From Octopus sinensis (Eukaryota): a DNA stretch of 64,000 nt. The stretch lies in the NCBI RefSeq assembly GCF_006345805.1, contig NC_043011.1:34918464-34982463 (forward strand), given 5' to 3'. Made by a program: the position numbers and the translations under genes. The notes under the pieces are model-generated. The model searched no databases. It was not told the DNA's origin and saw only the letters and a program-made list of their open reading frames with translations. Numbering within the stretch: position 1 is the stretch's first letter; each line of letters starts with the position of its first letter. Positions 27,345 through 39,587 of the stretch are shown here, one piece after another.

Positions 27345-28430
27345 ATGAAGGAAAAAATAAGAAAGGAGTATTACAGGGGAGTAATACTCAACTCCAAAAA
27401 ACTGAACTCAACTCCAAAAATTGCATTGAAGCCATTAACACCCTGGCACTTCCAGAAGTCCAATATAGTTTTAACATCATTAACTGGTCAGGAAGACAAG
27501 AAAACTACTAACATCTAAGAATATGCACCACCCAAAAGCAGATGTTGATCGTCTGTACCTAACTAGGAATAATGGGGAAAGAGGTATGATGCAGGTAGAA
27601 CTGTGCTTTTGGGCCTCCACAATAACAATGAACAAGTTCTTTTCTAGTACAGAGGATTGGATGCTGTGGCTTGTGTGCAAACACCAAAACATCACATTCT
27701 ATTGTCAAGGAAGCTTGCAAATTCGCAAGGGAGCTCAGCATTAACCCTGAATTAGATGAATAATCTGAAACCACTGTCAAAAGACAATCAAAACGGATCA
27801 AGCAGACTGCAAAAAATAATGGGCAGAAACAAATTGAGGGGTGGTGGAGCCAGAAGCTTCAGCATAGGCAGTGTATATTTTGAAGCTGAAATGCCGATGT
27901 AGCCCAAGTAGTAGTATATAATTAGTTAGTACAATAAGTAGAATAATACAAAAATCAGTAGCTAAGAAGTTCAGGACTGAAAACAGAAACTGAAAGTTTC
28001 ATATTAGCGGAACAAGACCAAAGCTTGCTTACCAAAAATTACTGGGTTAATGTTCTTCAAAATAGTTTTGTCCCTAAATGCAGGTTCTGCAATAAATTTG
28101 ACACAACAATACAGAATCTTGTCTGAGGATGTCCTGTGCTGACACCAAATGAATACAAAAATTGCCATGATACAGTAAGACAATATTTACATTGGAAAAT
28201 GTGTAAACACTACAAAATCAACACTCTTGCTTACTGGTAGGGGGCATCAACCTGAGCTAGTCGTTGATGGTAAAAATGTCACTATCCTCTGGGATTTTCC
28301 AGTCAGTACTGACAGAACGATCCTGGCTAATCGACCAGATATAGTCATTAAAGACAAAGAAGAAAATACTTGTAGACTAATAGATGTAAGTGTTCTCACT
28401 GATAAAAATATATCTGTAAAAAAGTAACTC
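27345..28430 (+). mobile_element. Decayed R4/Dong-clade non-LTR retrotransposon, C-terminal half (thumb, CCHC finger, RLE)
   Basis: AINTLALP, MHHPKADVDRLYLTRNNGERG, GLKTETESFILAEQDQ, CRFC..GCPVL, HWKMC, ILWDFPVSTDRTILANRPDIVIKDK..CRLIDVSV. Confidence 0.88.
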
Positions 28431-28569
28431 GGCTGTAAAAAAGTAACTCTGCAATGGACTGGTGTCTTGTTCAGGGTGAATGTTGGGATCTCAGTCATTT
28501 ATACACCACAGAAACTGAGTAGCCAGCCCTATGAGCCTTAGCATTCAAGACACACATACACATACATAC

Positions 28570-29839
28570 ATTACAAGGAAAATGCAAGCAAGAGAAATAA
28601 TATTCTTGAGATTATAAACCCGGAAAATTACAGGACAAGTTTTTACACTTGGAAAAGTTCAAGACAACTTATTACATCTGATAACGTACAGAACAAGAAT
28701 ATCTTTACTTAAAATATTGCTGCTAAGGATAAAATTTCAAATAAAATATTTAGATTTAGAAAATATCAGCTTTTATTAAAACTAAAAATTTTATTACAAG
28801 TTATTACTTCTATTTGTTATTACTTGTTACTTCTATTAAAAATTAAAAATAACTCAAAATATTTTTGCACTTCAAAAAAGCAATCAATTTTTTTAATTAT
28901 TAATTAATAATTAAAAATTTGAAAATAGGTTATAAAAAATAATAGTAGTATATAATTAGTTAGTACAATAAGTAGAATAATACAAAAATCAGTTATATAT
29001 TACAGTAAAATCTACCTAAAGCAACAAATTCACAGTAAAATTTGCTTGAGTTATTGCCAAGTATTCACATTTTTAGTCTTGACCCAATGCCTATTTTTTA
29101 CATAATGAATTTGCCTACCATATATACTATTCTACTTTGCATAAAACTTTAGCTATATTGGTACTCCTGGTTCCCATTTTTTAAGTATTCTAGTGTGCCA
29201 ATATTTTAACATGGTATCTTTTTTAATTATATTACTTTGTAAATTAAAATCAAATAATTTTTAATATTCAAATTTTATCTTTAGGCACAGGAATGGCTGT
29301 GTGGTAAGTAGCTTGTTTACCAACCACATGGTTCCGGGTTCAGTCCCACTGCGTAGCAACTTGGGCAAGTGTCTTCTACTATAGCCTCGGGCTGACCAAA
29401 GCCTTGTGAGTGGATTTGGTAGACGGAAACTGAAAGAAGCCCGTCGTATATATGTATATATATATATATATATGTGTGCGTGTATGTTTGTGTGTCTGTG
29501 TTTGTCCCATCCAACATCGCTTGACAACCAATGCTGGTGTGTTTATGTCCCCGTCACTTAGCGGTTCGGCAAAAGAGACCGATAGAATAAGTATTAGGCT
29601 TACAAAGAATGAGTCCCAGGGTCGAGTTGCTCGATTAAAGGCGGTGCTCCAGCATGGCTGCAGCCAAATGACTGAAACAGGTAAAAGAGAAAAAAAAAAA
29701 GGAGAATATAAGAGGTGCAATACTTTAAGTAAAAATTTTCTTGTTCTGTACTTTACCAGATATAATAAGATGTCCTAAACTTTTCCAGGTTTATAATCTT
29801 AAGAATATTATTTCTCTTGCTTGCATTTTTCCATGTAAT
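28570..29839. mobile_element. AT-rich foldback/MITE with ~125-150-bp imperfect TIRs, containing a SINE A insertion
   Basis: attacaaggaaaatgcaagcaagagaaataatattcttgagattataaacc... (28570-28720) is complementary to 29717-29839. Confidence 0.75.
29283..29700 (+). mobile_element. SINE family A, full length (~420 bp)
   Basis: tRNA-like head (tggctgtgtggtaag...gggttcagtccc), CORE-like ttgggcaagtgtctt, internal (TA)n(TG)n, A-rich tail. Other copies at ~19270-19655, 30182-30577, 39975-40365, 46230-46570 (minus) and 59960-60295 (plus). Confidence 0.9.
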
Positions 29840-30589
29840 CCATGTTTTTCCCAGGTAAATTCCGCCAAGGTCAACTTTGCTTTCCATCCTTTCAGAGTCG
29901 ATAAATTAAGTTCCAGTTGAGTACTGGGGTCGACGTAATCAACTATTCTCCTCCCCCAAATTTCAGGACTTGTGCCTATAGTGGAAAGGGTTATGCAGAG
30001 CCAGAAATCTAGGTTCTGGAATTATCCAGTAATTTTTTTGCTAGTTTATTTTGTCTTATCATGCTAATTGCTAATTAACAATATGCTAATTAACAATATG
30101 TTAATTAGCGGTGTCGTTGATAACTTTTTCCTTACCTCAATGACGCCAGTGTCATATATTAACAGTGCCCTTATGATACTATACTCTTTTACTCGTTTCA
30201 GTCACTTGACTGCGGCCATACTGGAACACCACCTTTAGTCGAGCAAATCGACCCCAGGACTTATACTTTGTAAGCCTAGTACTTATACTATCATTCTCTT
30301 TTGCCAAACTGCTAAGTTACCGGGACGTAAACACACCAGCATCGGTTGTCAAGCGATGTTGGGGGGACAAACACAGACACAAACTCACACACACATATAT
30401 ACATACATATATACAATGGGCTTCTTTTCAGTTTCCGTCTACCAAATCCACTCACAAGGCTTTGGTCGGCCCGAGGCTATAGTAGAAGACACTTGCCCAA
30501 GGTGCCACGCAGTGGGACTGAACCCGGAACCATGTGGTTGGTAAGCAAGCTACTTACCACACAGCCATTCGTACGCCTATATATATATA

Positions 30590-30880
30590 TAGCCCAGTGG
30601 TTAGGGCAGTGGACTAGCAGTCATAGGATCGCGGTTTCGATTCCCAGACCGGGCGTTGTGAGTGTTTATTGAACGGAAACACCTACAGCTCCACGATCTC
30701 CGGCAGGGTGTGGTGGTGATCCCTGCTGTACTCTTTCGCCACAACTTTCTCTCACTTTTACTTCTGTTGGCCTGCTCGATTAACCAGCGGGGTGGCGTCA
30801 TTTGAAGGCTAAAACAATGTGAAACACATTGTGACCAGCGATGTGTAGCAACATATGATAGCCTGGTTGGTCACGGTGAT
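30590..30880 (+). mobile_element. tRNA-derived SINE (distinct family)
   Basis: A-box agcccagtggttagg and B-box ggtttcgattccc; flanked by (TA)n. Confidence 0.75.
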
Positions 30881-30889
30881 ATATATATA

Positions 30890-31271
30890 TCTTTATATAT
30901 AAAAGTGAAGTTGTGTGTCTGTCTCCTACGATTTAGATTCCTAACTACTCCCACATTTTGCGGTGCAGTTTAACCAAACTATCTTATAGTTGTGATTCAT
31001 ATCGAGCCCTTCTGGGTATTAGCTCGCGTCTACGATGAGTCTACGATTTAAAAAAAAAATTACCATCATTTTTTTCCATTTTAATGCATTTTTTCGCTAT
31101 TATATAAGGGAAGTAATTCTCTAAAAATGTCTACGATGATTCAACGATTTAAAAAAAAATTTACCATCATTTTTTTTCCATTTTGAATTCATTTTTTTGC
31201 TATAACTCTCTAAAAATGCTTATATAGTTATTTCCCTTACAAACCCAAGCAACGCCGGGCAATACTGCTAG
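30890..31271 (+). mobile_element. Complete non-autonomous Helitron
   Basis: A|TCtttatatataaaag 5' end; 3' hairpin cccaagcaacgccggg then CTAG|T; no TSD; internal ~115-bp direct repeat. Confidence 0.85.
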
Positions 31272-31305
<34 letters not shown>

Positions 31306-32039
31306 ATATATATATTCATAAAAAAGTATAGAACTATATTATCACCCTCAAATTTGTGAAACAAACACTCATAACTTTTTTCTTTTAAAACTTCATTGCA
31401 TGAAATTGATACCATGAAATTCTTTGAATTGAGTTCTATTGTTTAAGCTTAGTTAAAATATAGTTTGTTTTTAAAATAAAAAAAAGTTAATTATACTTAA
31501 ATCCAATTTTTTGCCCTATTTTATTTTTTATGATATTTTACCTCACAACTTTCTTGATACAAATTTTTGTTGCATATGCTTTCTTCTATCATTGAAGCTA
31601 AGATAAATATATTTTGCTTTTAAAATAAAAAAGTTATTTATATCTAAACTTGATTATTTTTCTATCTAAACTCTCTTATAACATTGCTACAAATTTTGAT
31701 GTCAACTTTTTTTCTGCTGGATCAAATCCCAATTTTTTTCATGCCAAACTGTAGCGAGGGAGCAGTCCTCTTCAAAATTGCTAACAGTTTTCAATCTGGT
31801 TAAGAACTGAATTAGTGACAAGCTCTGAAAGATACAGCATGTGAGTAAATTGTGGCCTTAAGAATATTATTCAACTAGTACTGTAGTTGAATGATAAATA
31901 TATATATATATATATAATACAAATAATAAAATGGAGAAACAATTTAGTTGGTTCATCAGCTTTTGGATATAAAAATGTTGACTTATTTATTTATTTAACC
32001 AAAACGAGAACCTTAATAACATATATAAACATTATAATT

Positions 32040-32090
<51 letters not shown>

Positions 32091-33268
32091 TACAGATAGA
32101 TAGATAGACAAACAGACAGATAGACAAACAGACAGACAGACAAACTGGTATGTAGACAGGTAGACAGACAGATAGAAAGATAGATAGGTAGGTAGGTAGG
32201 TAGATAGATAGTTGTGTTGACTGAATTTTCCATTTTGGTTACCATGCAATAAACCTAATCATGAACTGACGCCTAAACAGAGTTAATATCCTTTCAATAT
32301 TGGAACTAGTGGGATTGTTCAGGAACAATGGGAAGATAAGCAATGGATTCAGCCTTTGCTCTTGGAGTGAGATGCTACCATTAGCAAATCTTAGGTGGAA
32401 AGCTGGTTGGATTGTTAGCTCAGCAGACAAAATAATTTGTGGCATTTCCTTCAGCTTTGCATTCTGATTCAAATTCCACCTAAGTCGACTTTGCCTTTCT
32501 CTCTTTTGGAGCCTATAAAACAAGTACCAGTTGAGTGCTGCATTCAGTATAATTCACTAAGCTCCCTCACACCACAAAATGTCAGGCCTTGTGTCTATGG
32601 TTGAAAGAATTGCTAACAAGTCTTCTGTTCCACCACACAGACTTAATACCATGCTGTGGTGAAGGTGAGGGTTACTGCATTCATAGCTAAACATTAAAAC
32701 ACCATAATCTATCTATAAATTACATTTTTCAATCTGTGCCTGCTGAGACGTACAGAGGACCTGAAAAGTCAACAAGGAATTCTTTTGCTTTGTTAGCATC
32801 CAGTTACCCCAGAATATCAGGTAACACTTATGAGGGTGTTTGGCTGTTCTGGCACCTCGTCCTTACGATAACCCACTGTGATGCTATGCTTTGGATTATC
32901 TCAAAAATTTTTAGAGGGCACCAGTATCTTTTAGCACAATGTATATATTCAAAAGTGAACGACTTTTCTACCTGTTTATTTAGTAAATAATTTTCTTTAT
33001 TTACCATTTTCTACCTGATTTACATTTTTTTAATCAATTGTGTTCTTGCTTTCACCATCAAATTTAATAAAATTATATTATGTTGTGTCTGGAGAGAGTC
33101 ATTCTCTTTTAGTGCCTTATTATTTAACACATTCACCAGTAAAATTTTAGGAAAAATAAATAACCACCCTCGCCAACTTTTACTTTTAAACTTTGTTCAC
33201 ACTTTTATCACAAGAAAAGAGGAAGTACATTTACTATCGATGTGTGGGGGTACACTAAGTGTTTAAAG

Positions 33269-33796
33269 CAGGGGTCCCCAAACTTTTTAGACCATCGACC
33301 CCTTCATGGAATCCTTGACCCCCTCATCGATCCCCAGGCGTGTACAAGAAAATAAATAAATAATAATAATAATTAAGTAGATATGCATTTAGCGACCTCT
33401 TAAATAGTCCCAGGGGGTCGATATGGATCACTTTCAGGTTAATATAAAGATCTTCACCCGTTAACAAAAACAAAAAAAGACAGCCTGCTGGGTGTTAAGA
33501 ACTGTGTAGAAAACGAATGTGACAAAAAAAAAAAATTGCGCAAACGAATCGGGGGGCGGGGAGTGCGGTGAGGAGTTTCGGAAAATTCACAAGATCCGAT
33601 TTTTCCGTCATAACTTATATATTGATTTTTTTTACGGAATCCTTCGTTTTTGGTTATGAAGGATCCGATTCTGAAAAGAATTTTTCAAAAATCCCGTTTT
33701 CAAAATTTCGACTGTGAGATTTAGCTGTTATTTCTAGAATGTCGATAGCCTGCTTGAAGACCAAGGCCGTAGAATTGGGAGGGGAGGGAGTTGTGG

Positions 33797-33830
<34 letters not shown>

Positions 33831-34369
33831 AAACTTTACATATATAAATATAAATAACGTGAAATACACGAAGGGACGAACATAAAAAACAGACGGGTCA
33901 TTCAAAGCCTTCATTCTTCAGTCAGAAACCGATTCATCATTGCAAATTTCGGCTGTTTAATATATATATTTGTTAAAAAATTGAAATTTTACTAAATTTT
34001 TTCAGAATTGTAATCGTATTTTTCTACGTATTTCGTAAAAAAAAAAAAAAGAAATTCCGGAAAAAAGTGAAAAATTAAGTGGGGGATTGAAATTTTGAAT
34101 TTTCTTTTTTTTTTTTTTTTTCAGAATCAGTTCCTGCATAACCAAAAACGTGGGATTCCGTAAAAAAAATCAATATATATCCATTTTCCCGAAAGTTATG
34201 ACGGAAAAATCGGATCTTGTGAATTTTCCGAAAGTTCTCTCCCACCCCTCCAGGTTCGTCTGCGCAAATTTTTTTTGTCATATTTGTTTTCTACACAGTT
34301 GTTAGCACCCAGCAGGCTGGGTTTTTTTTTTTTTTTTGTTAACGGTTGATCCCACTTTGGAGACCCCTG
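33269..34369. mobile_element. hAT (Charlie-type) MITE hosting a nested long-TIR element
   Basis: TIRs CAGGGGTCCCCAAA / TTTGGAGACCCCTG; 8-bp TSD GTTTAAAG / GTTTAAGG. Confidence 0.85.
33455..34348. mobile_element. Foldback element with ~250-bp imperfect TIRs (superfamily unclear)
   Basis: ccgttaacaaaa...cagcctgctgggtg...ttcggaaaattcacaagatccgatttttccgtcataactt... (33458-33710) is complementary to 34090-34345. Confidence 0.8.
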
Positions 34370-34517
34370 GTTTAAGGGGTCCTGAATTAACGATTAATGT
34401 CTGCGGAGATATACTTTAATTTAGATATGACACAATGTGTTATCTATTTTTTTTTTTAATGGTTAATTTAAGGAAGATTTGGTTGTTACTCCTAGAAGGT
34501 CGAAAGACGACGTAAAG

Positions 34518-35260
34518 CAGGGCTGGCACGCAGGCTTTTATCTTGCAGCTCGCTTAATACTTTATTGAAATGGGTTTATTTAAACAAACATTTTTAAGAT
34601 TTTATCAAAAATTAAAAATTGGGCAATCTTTCGTCTCTAGTAGACCTTTCCGTCGATTTCCGTAAAAAAAATTTTTTTTTTTTTTTTTTTACATATGGGC
34701 TTGCGGGAACTTTTGAAGTAATGAGAGCGAAAGAGACTAAGAGAAAGCGATTGTATGACGAGGGAAGTTCTTTTGAAGTTACCGTCCAGGGGAAGCATTG
34801 ATGTACATGTGTGTGTGTGTGTGTTTGATGGGGTGTGGGAAACAGACAGTATGTTGTGTAAGTGAAGTGCTTCTGTTAGTGTGTGTGAAGAGACAGAGAG
34901 AGTAATGTGTGAAAGAGAGAGATAACTGAAATTTTTTACTCGGTGTATGTGTATACGTATGTATATTACTTCAAAAGTTACCGCAAGCCCATATGTAAAA
35001 AAAAAAAAATTTTTTACGGAAATCGACGGAAAGGTCTACTAGAGACGAAAGATTGCCAAAAATTGTAATGAAAAGTAAAAAAAGAAAGATACCACTGTTT
35101 TTACAACGATAATATTTCATGTTGAATGAACGATCATCATTCGTTATTGTAATAATAGCATGAGAAAGCGAAACGCATTCAACTCTGTTACACAAGCGGC
35201 CCTCAAAAAACTTTCTATGATTAAAGTGGCCTGCAAAGTAATTCGTGTTGGCCAGGCCTG
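34518..35260. mobile_element. hAT-type MITE hosting a nested Merlin-like MITE
   Basis: TIRs CAGGGCTGGC / GCCAGGCCTG; perfect TSD ACGTAAAG at 34510-34517 and 35261-35268. Confidence 0.85.
34622..35057. mobile_element. Merlin-like MITE (~100-bp TIRs starting GGCAATC, 8-bp TSD)
   Basis: TSD AAAAATTG at 34614-34621 and 35058-35065; near-perfect TIRs. Confidence 0.8.
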
Positions 35261-35600
35261 ACGTAAAGATTTTGTGTTCTGTTCCCATGGGGACAGACAA
35301 TCACGACTTCTAATATATTCGGCAATCGAGGCTTCGACTGGCTAAAACTACCTAATTTCTAGATACTTGTAATTGTTTAATTAACGATTTCTAGAAAAAG
35401 AATTAAAGCGATTTTTTGTCAACGGCATGAAAAATTACACTTTTAAAAAATTTTCAAGTGGGTAGAAAGATTTTAACAAGATCCCGTGGACATAAACAAA
35501 CCAACACCTGTTGTCAGCTAGTGGAGGAACAAACACAAAGACACACTCATATATACATCTCGATAAAGACACATTGCTATGTAGATGTAAGAAGGAGTTA

Positions 35601-35914
35601 GGTACTACTAGCGAACAGTGGTCCCGGTGCGCGCACTCGAGTACACGCCAATCCGCGCTAGCTAGTCGTGACTAGTCGATCCTTACTTTGTGTTTTTGTG
35701 TGTTGTTTACTTTGTTTAAAAAATTATTTACTTTGTGTTTTTGAGTTTTATTTACTTTGTTTAACAAAAATTATTTACTTTGTGTAAAAAAATTATTTTG
35801 TGTTTTATTTACTTTGCTACGTAGTCGTTGTAGGATCGACTAGTCACGGCTAGCTAGCGCGGGTGCGCGACTACTCGAGTGCGCGCACCGGGACCACTGT
35901 TCGCCAGTAGTACC
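35601..35914. mobile_element. Merlin-like MITE (~85-bp GC-rich TIRs starting GGTACTAC, 8-bp TSD)
   Basis: TSD AGGAGTTA at 35593-35600 and 35915-35922; T-rich repetitive spacer. Confidence 0.85.
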
Positions 35915-36374
35915 AGGAGTTATAATCAGAAGACAAAGTACATACAATACACACACATGAAGACAGTTAATCCGAACATAGAAATTTGCAGGCCTCATTG
36001 TTTGCTCAAGGGGAAATACTCATGCAGTCAAAATTGTGTTCGCTAATAGATGTAGACTATACTGGAGATTAAACGAATCTATTGAAATCATTAATCTTCT
36101 TAATACTGCATTTAGCTCTTATATTATAAACAAAAAACAAAAAAAAAAAGAAGTACTACGGAGAATAAAGTAATATATAAGATTTGTATTCCGCTTATTT
36201 GTTAGATCCCTAATAACAATAGGCGCAGATTTTAAAGAAAACTAGACAGAAACGGTGATAAGGCAAAAGGATGATTCAGTGAAATTATGTCTTGTGTGTA
36301 TGTGTGTTAGAATCGTATACGCAGTAGATGGTAACAAATATAAGCGTACAGAAAAATTAAGATTTATAATTATA

Positions 36375-36601
36375 CAAGGGTGGTCCAAAAGTAGGTTTAC
36401 AGTTATCACGTAGGCACTTTAAGCTTCTTCTAAAACATTTCGTTATATTTAAATTTCTATCTTACAAACTGAAAAGGAAGCTTGACAAAATTAACTAGAA
36501 TAAAGGTTTCATATCTTTTTTATAATTAAAATCTAAACTGTTAATATATGCAAGCGAAAGAGATAACTGAATAATAGTAAATCTACTGTTGGACCACCCT
36601 G
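36375..36601. mobile_element. Tc1/mariner-type MITE
   Basis: TA|CAAGGGTGGTCCAAAAGTAGGTTTAC ... GTAAATCTACTGTTGGACCACCCTG|TA. Confidence 0.8.
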
Positions 36602-37476
36602 TATTTTATACGTCATACTTTTTATATTTTGACATGCAAACACAAACCTAAAAGCCAGTCAGTTATTCGATAGCTAAAAGTATTAGAGAAAGAAGAGGAC
36701 TATAATGAAAATGAAAGTTCTAATTTAGATCTTCTAATGATCGTTCCTTTGTCATCTGTACGATATATTATTTCCGCAATTCTTCAGTTTTATTGAGTTA
36801 TCAGTTTTCTCTCCAAAAATCTTACTTGAGAGAGGGTCACATTCTTTCCAACGCAGAACAAAAGCTAGACTTCTCATATAATTCTAGTTAGAGCAAAACG
36901 TTATCAAACTTATCTATTTAAATATTTTTATTCTGCTAACTAGGACAAGAACTTTGCGTTGGGGAAGTGGGATGAATAGCCTGTTGGATAGACCAGCGCA
37001 TACCTGTACATACAGTACCGTCTTCAACCGGATTTGAAATCAGAGCATAAAGGCACGCTACGTCATATGAACACATTTAAGGATAGTCACGAACTCAAAG
37101 AGATTCTATCTTATGCCTTGTGATTTTTGACATGTCTGTTTTTTGTTCTTTTTCAGTCGAGATTGAAACACACACACATACCCCCCCCACACACACACAC
37201 ACGTGCGCACGTGTATGTATGAATGTATGTGTGCATGAATACGTATGCATGTATGTGTATATGTATATATATGCATGTGTATGTGTGCATGTATATATGT
37301 TCGTACGCCCGTATGTGTGTACGTTTGCTCTTTGTACGAACTTGAGATATTTTTTTGCCACAAGTTGGCTCCGATCTTGTGGAGTTATTTGATCAAAAGT
37401 GTTCCGGCTGTCGTTTCTTACTTTTTGAATTCAGACTTAGTACATCTGAGATTATAATATTCAGTGTGTTCCCCCA

Positions 37477-37675
37477 AGGCGGCAAGCTAGCAGAAACATT
37501 AGCATGCCGGGCGAAATGCTGAGCGGTATTTCTGAGTTCAAATTCTGCCGAGGTCGACTTTGCCTTTCCTCCTCTCAGGATCGATAAATTTAAGCATCAG
37601 TTGCGTACTGGGTTGATCTAATCGACTGGCCCCGACCCCAAAAATTTCGGGCCTTGTGCCAAGAGTAGAAAAGAA
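37477..37675 (+). mobile_element. SINE family B
   Basis: ggcggcaagctagcagaaacattagc...gagttcaaattctgccgaggtcgactttgcc. Confidence 0.85.
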
Positions 37676-38414
37676 TATACAATGTGTCCCGCACATGCGT
37701 ACGTATTCGCAAATGTATTTGAGGATATTTGAGAATATCTTATCAGCTAACGTGATTGTTGTGCCCAGTTTTAAATAAATGAATATAAAACTCTTCATTT
37801 ATTTCATATATTCTGAGTCATATTCAGCAGGCACAGCCGTAGCTGTGTGGTCAGAAGAACCTTATAGTTCCAAGTTCAGTCCCACGGTATGGCACTTTGG
37901 GTAAGTGTCTTCTACTAAAGCCTTGGGCCGACCAAGGCATCCATGGTCGTGTGGTGATTAGTTTGCTTCACAACTATGTGGTTCTGGGTTCAGTCCTGCT
38001 GCATGGCACCTAGGGCAAGTGTTTTCTATTATAGCCTCAGCCCAACAAAATCCTTGTGAGTAGATTTGATAGATGGAAAGTGAACGAAGCCTGTCATGTG
38101 TGTGCGTGTGTGTATAGTTGAAATTTATAGAAAAGCAAAAGACAAAGGCAAGTGCATTAACATCAAGCAAATGTATTAGTTTGACACTCAGGAAAATGAA
38201 GAAGTTTATGTTTCGAACCTATGCTCTTCAACAGAAAGGAATAAGAAAAAATAAACAGAGAGAGAATGAAAAATACTTGTAGACTTCAGTGGTCCACACA
38301 CACACATACGTACATATATATATAATCAGCATGCAATTAATAGAAGAAAAGAAAATAGAGTTGAAAGTTAATAATTAATTATGAATGAATTGATAATTCT
38401 TACTTCCTACAGCT

Positions 38415-38590
38415 AACTTCCTGGAAAATTGGTCGAAAACTTCCTGGAAAGTTCCGGGCGTTTCATGGAATGTTCCGAGGATTTCCCAACATCCGGAAAA
38501 GTGGTCGAAAACTTCACGGAAAGTTCCAATGAATTTTCCTACTTCCTGGAAAATTGGTCGAAAACATCTTGGAAAGTTCCAAGGAAAGGA
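38415..38590. repeat. Minisatellite (ttcctggaaaattggtcgaaaacttcctggaaagttcc, ~3 degenerate units)
   Basis: Direct inspection. Confidence 0.75.
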
Positions 38591-38619
38591 CATTTTTGAT
38601 GGCTATATTCCATCGTAAA

Positions 38620-39395
38620 TTGAATATTTACATGCCAAAGAATGAAACAGTCATCCAAGTATCTCTTCCAGTTATTTTCTATGTAGAGGGAGAATGGGTT
38701 GCCCTATTTTTCTAGTACCTTATGATAAAGATTAATTTCTAGATATCCCATGACCAGGTTAGCATAAGAGGGGCCATTTTCGTACCCATCGCAGTCCCTG
38801 ATTTTTGTCAATAGAAGTTGTCTTTGAAGATGAAGTAGATATTCTCCAAGATAAATTTTAGCCCTTCTATCACAAATTCTTTTTTGATGCGATGTGGGAG
38901 TTCATTGGTGTAACTCTCTAGCCAGAATTGAATTGCCTCTATTTCTAGGTTGTGGGGGATATTGGAATAGAGGTTGACTACATCGAAGGATACTAGTTGG
39001 GTGTTTTTGTTTATTGTTTCAGGAAGGTGATTGAGCATATCCAGGTCGACCCTTATGTAGCTTTTGACATGCTTGAAGAATGGTTTTAAGAGGGTATCTA
39101 AAAAGTTACTGAGGCGGTGGGCTTCGCATGTGGGTCCTATTATTAAAGGTCTCAATTTGAGGTCATTAGGAGTAGGGACTTTGATTATCATGTCTTTGGC
39201 TTTCCTACATGTGTTACATATTTTCTCACTATTGTGTATCTTGGAACTACCGTAGAAATGACCGGTTTTACTTTTGAAATTGGTCATATAGTGCTATTCT
39301 TTGACAGAGAGCCCTTCCCTGTATAGGTTTAACATGGATTTTAGGTCTCTCATTATTTTCTGCTGACTGTAGTGTTGAGCCTTTTCATATGTTGT
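38620..39395 (-). mobile_element. Penelope-like element reverse transcriptase fragment
   Basis: FYGSSKIH, LRPLI, LSNFLDTLLKP, SFDVVNLYSNIP, FILEN..F.F...FY*QKSGTAMGTKMAPSYANL; stop codons present. Confidence 0.9.
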
Positions 39396-39440
39396 GTCTT
39401 CTAATATAGATAGTACTCTGTGTGTGTGTGTTTGTATATG

Positions 39441-39476
<36 letters not shown>

Positions 39477-39534
39477 TGTATATGTATGTATATATATATA
39501 TATATTATATATATATATATATAATATATGTATA

Positions 39535-39587
<53 letters not shown>

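Noticed and set aside
32795-32825. Possible 24-nt micro-exon (ttgttag|catcc...cag|gtaac)
   Set aside because: Splice-like dinucleotides alone are expected by chance; no recognisable peptide or partner exons.
38415-38590. Regularly spaced repeats resembling a CRISPR array
   Set aside because: Eukaryotic context, only ~3 degenerate units, no unique spacers and no cas genes; a minisatellite.
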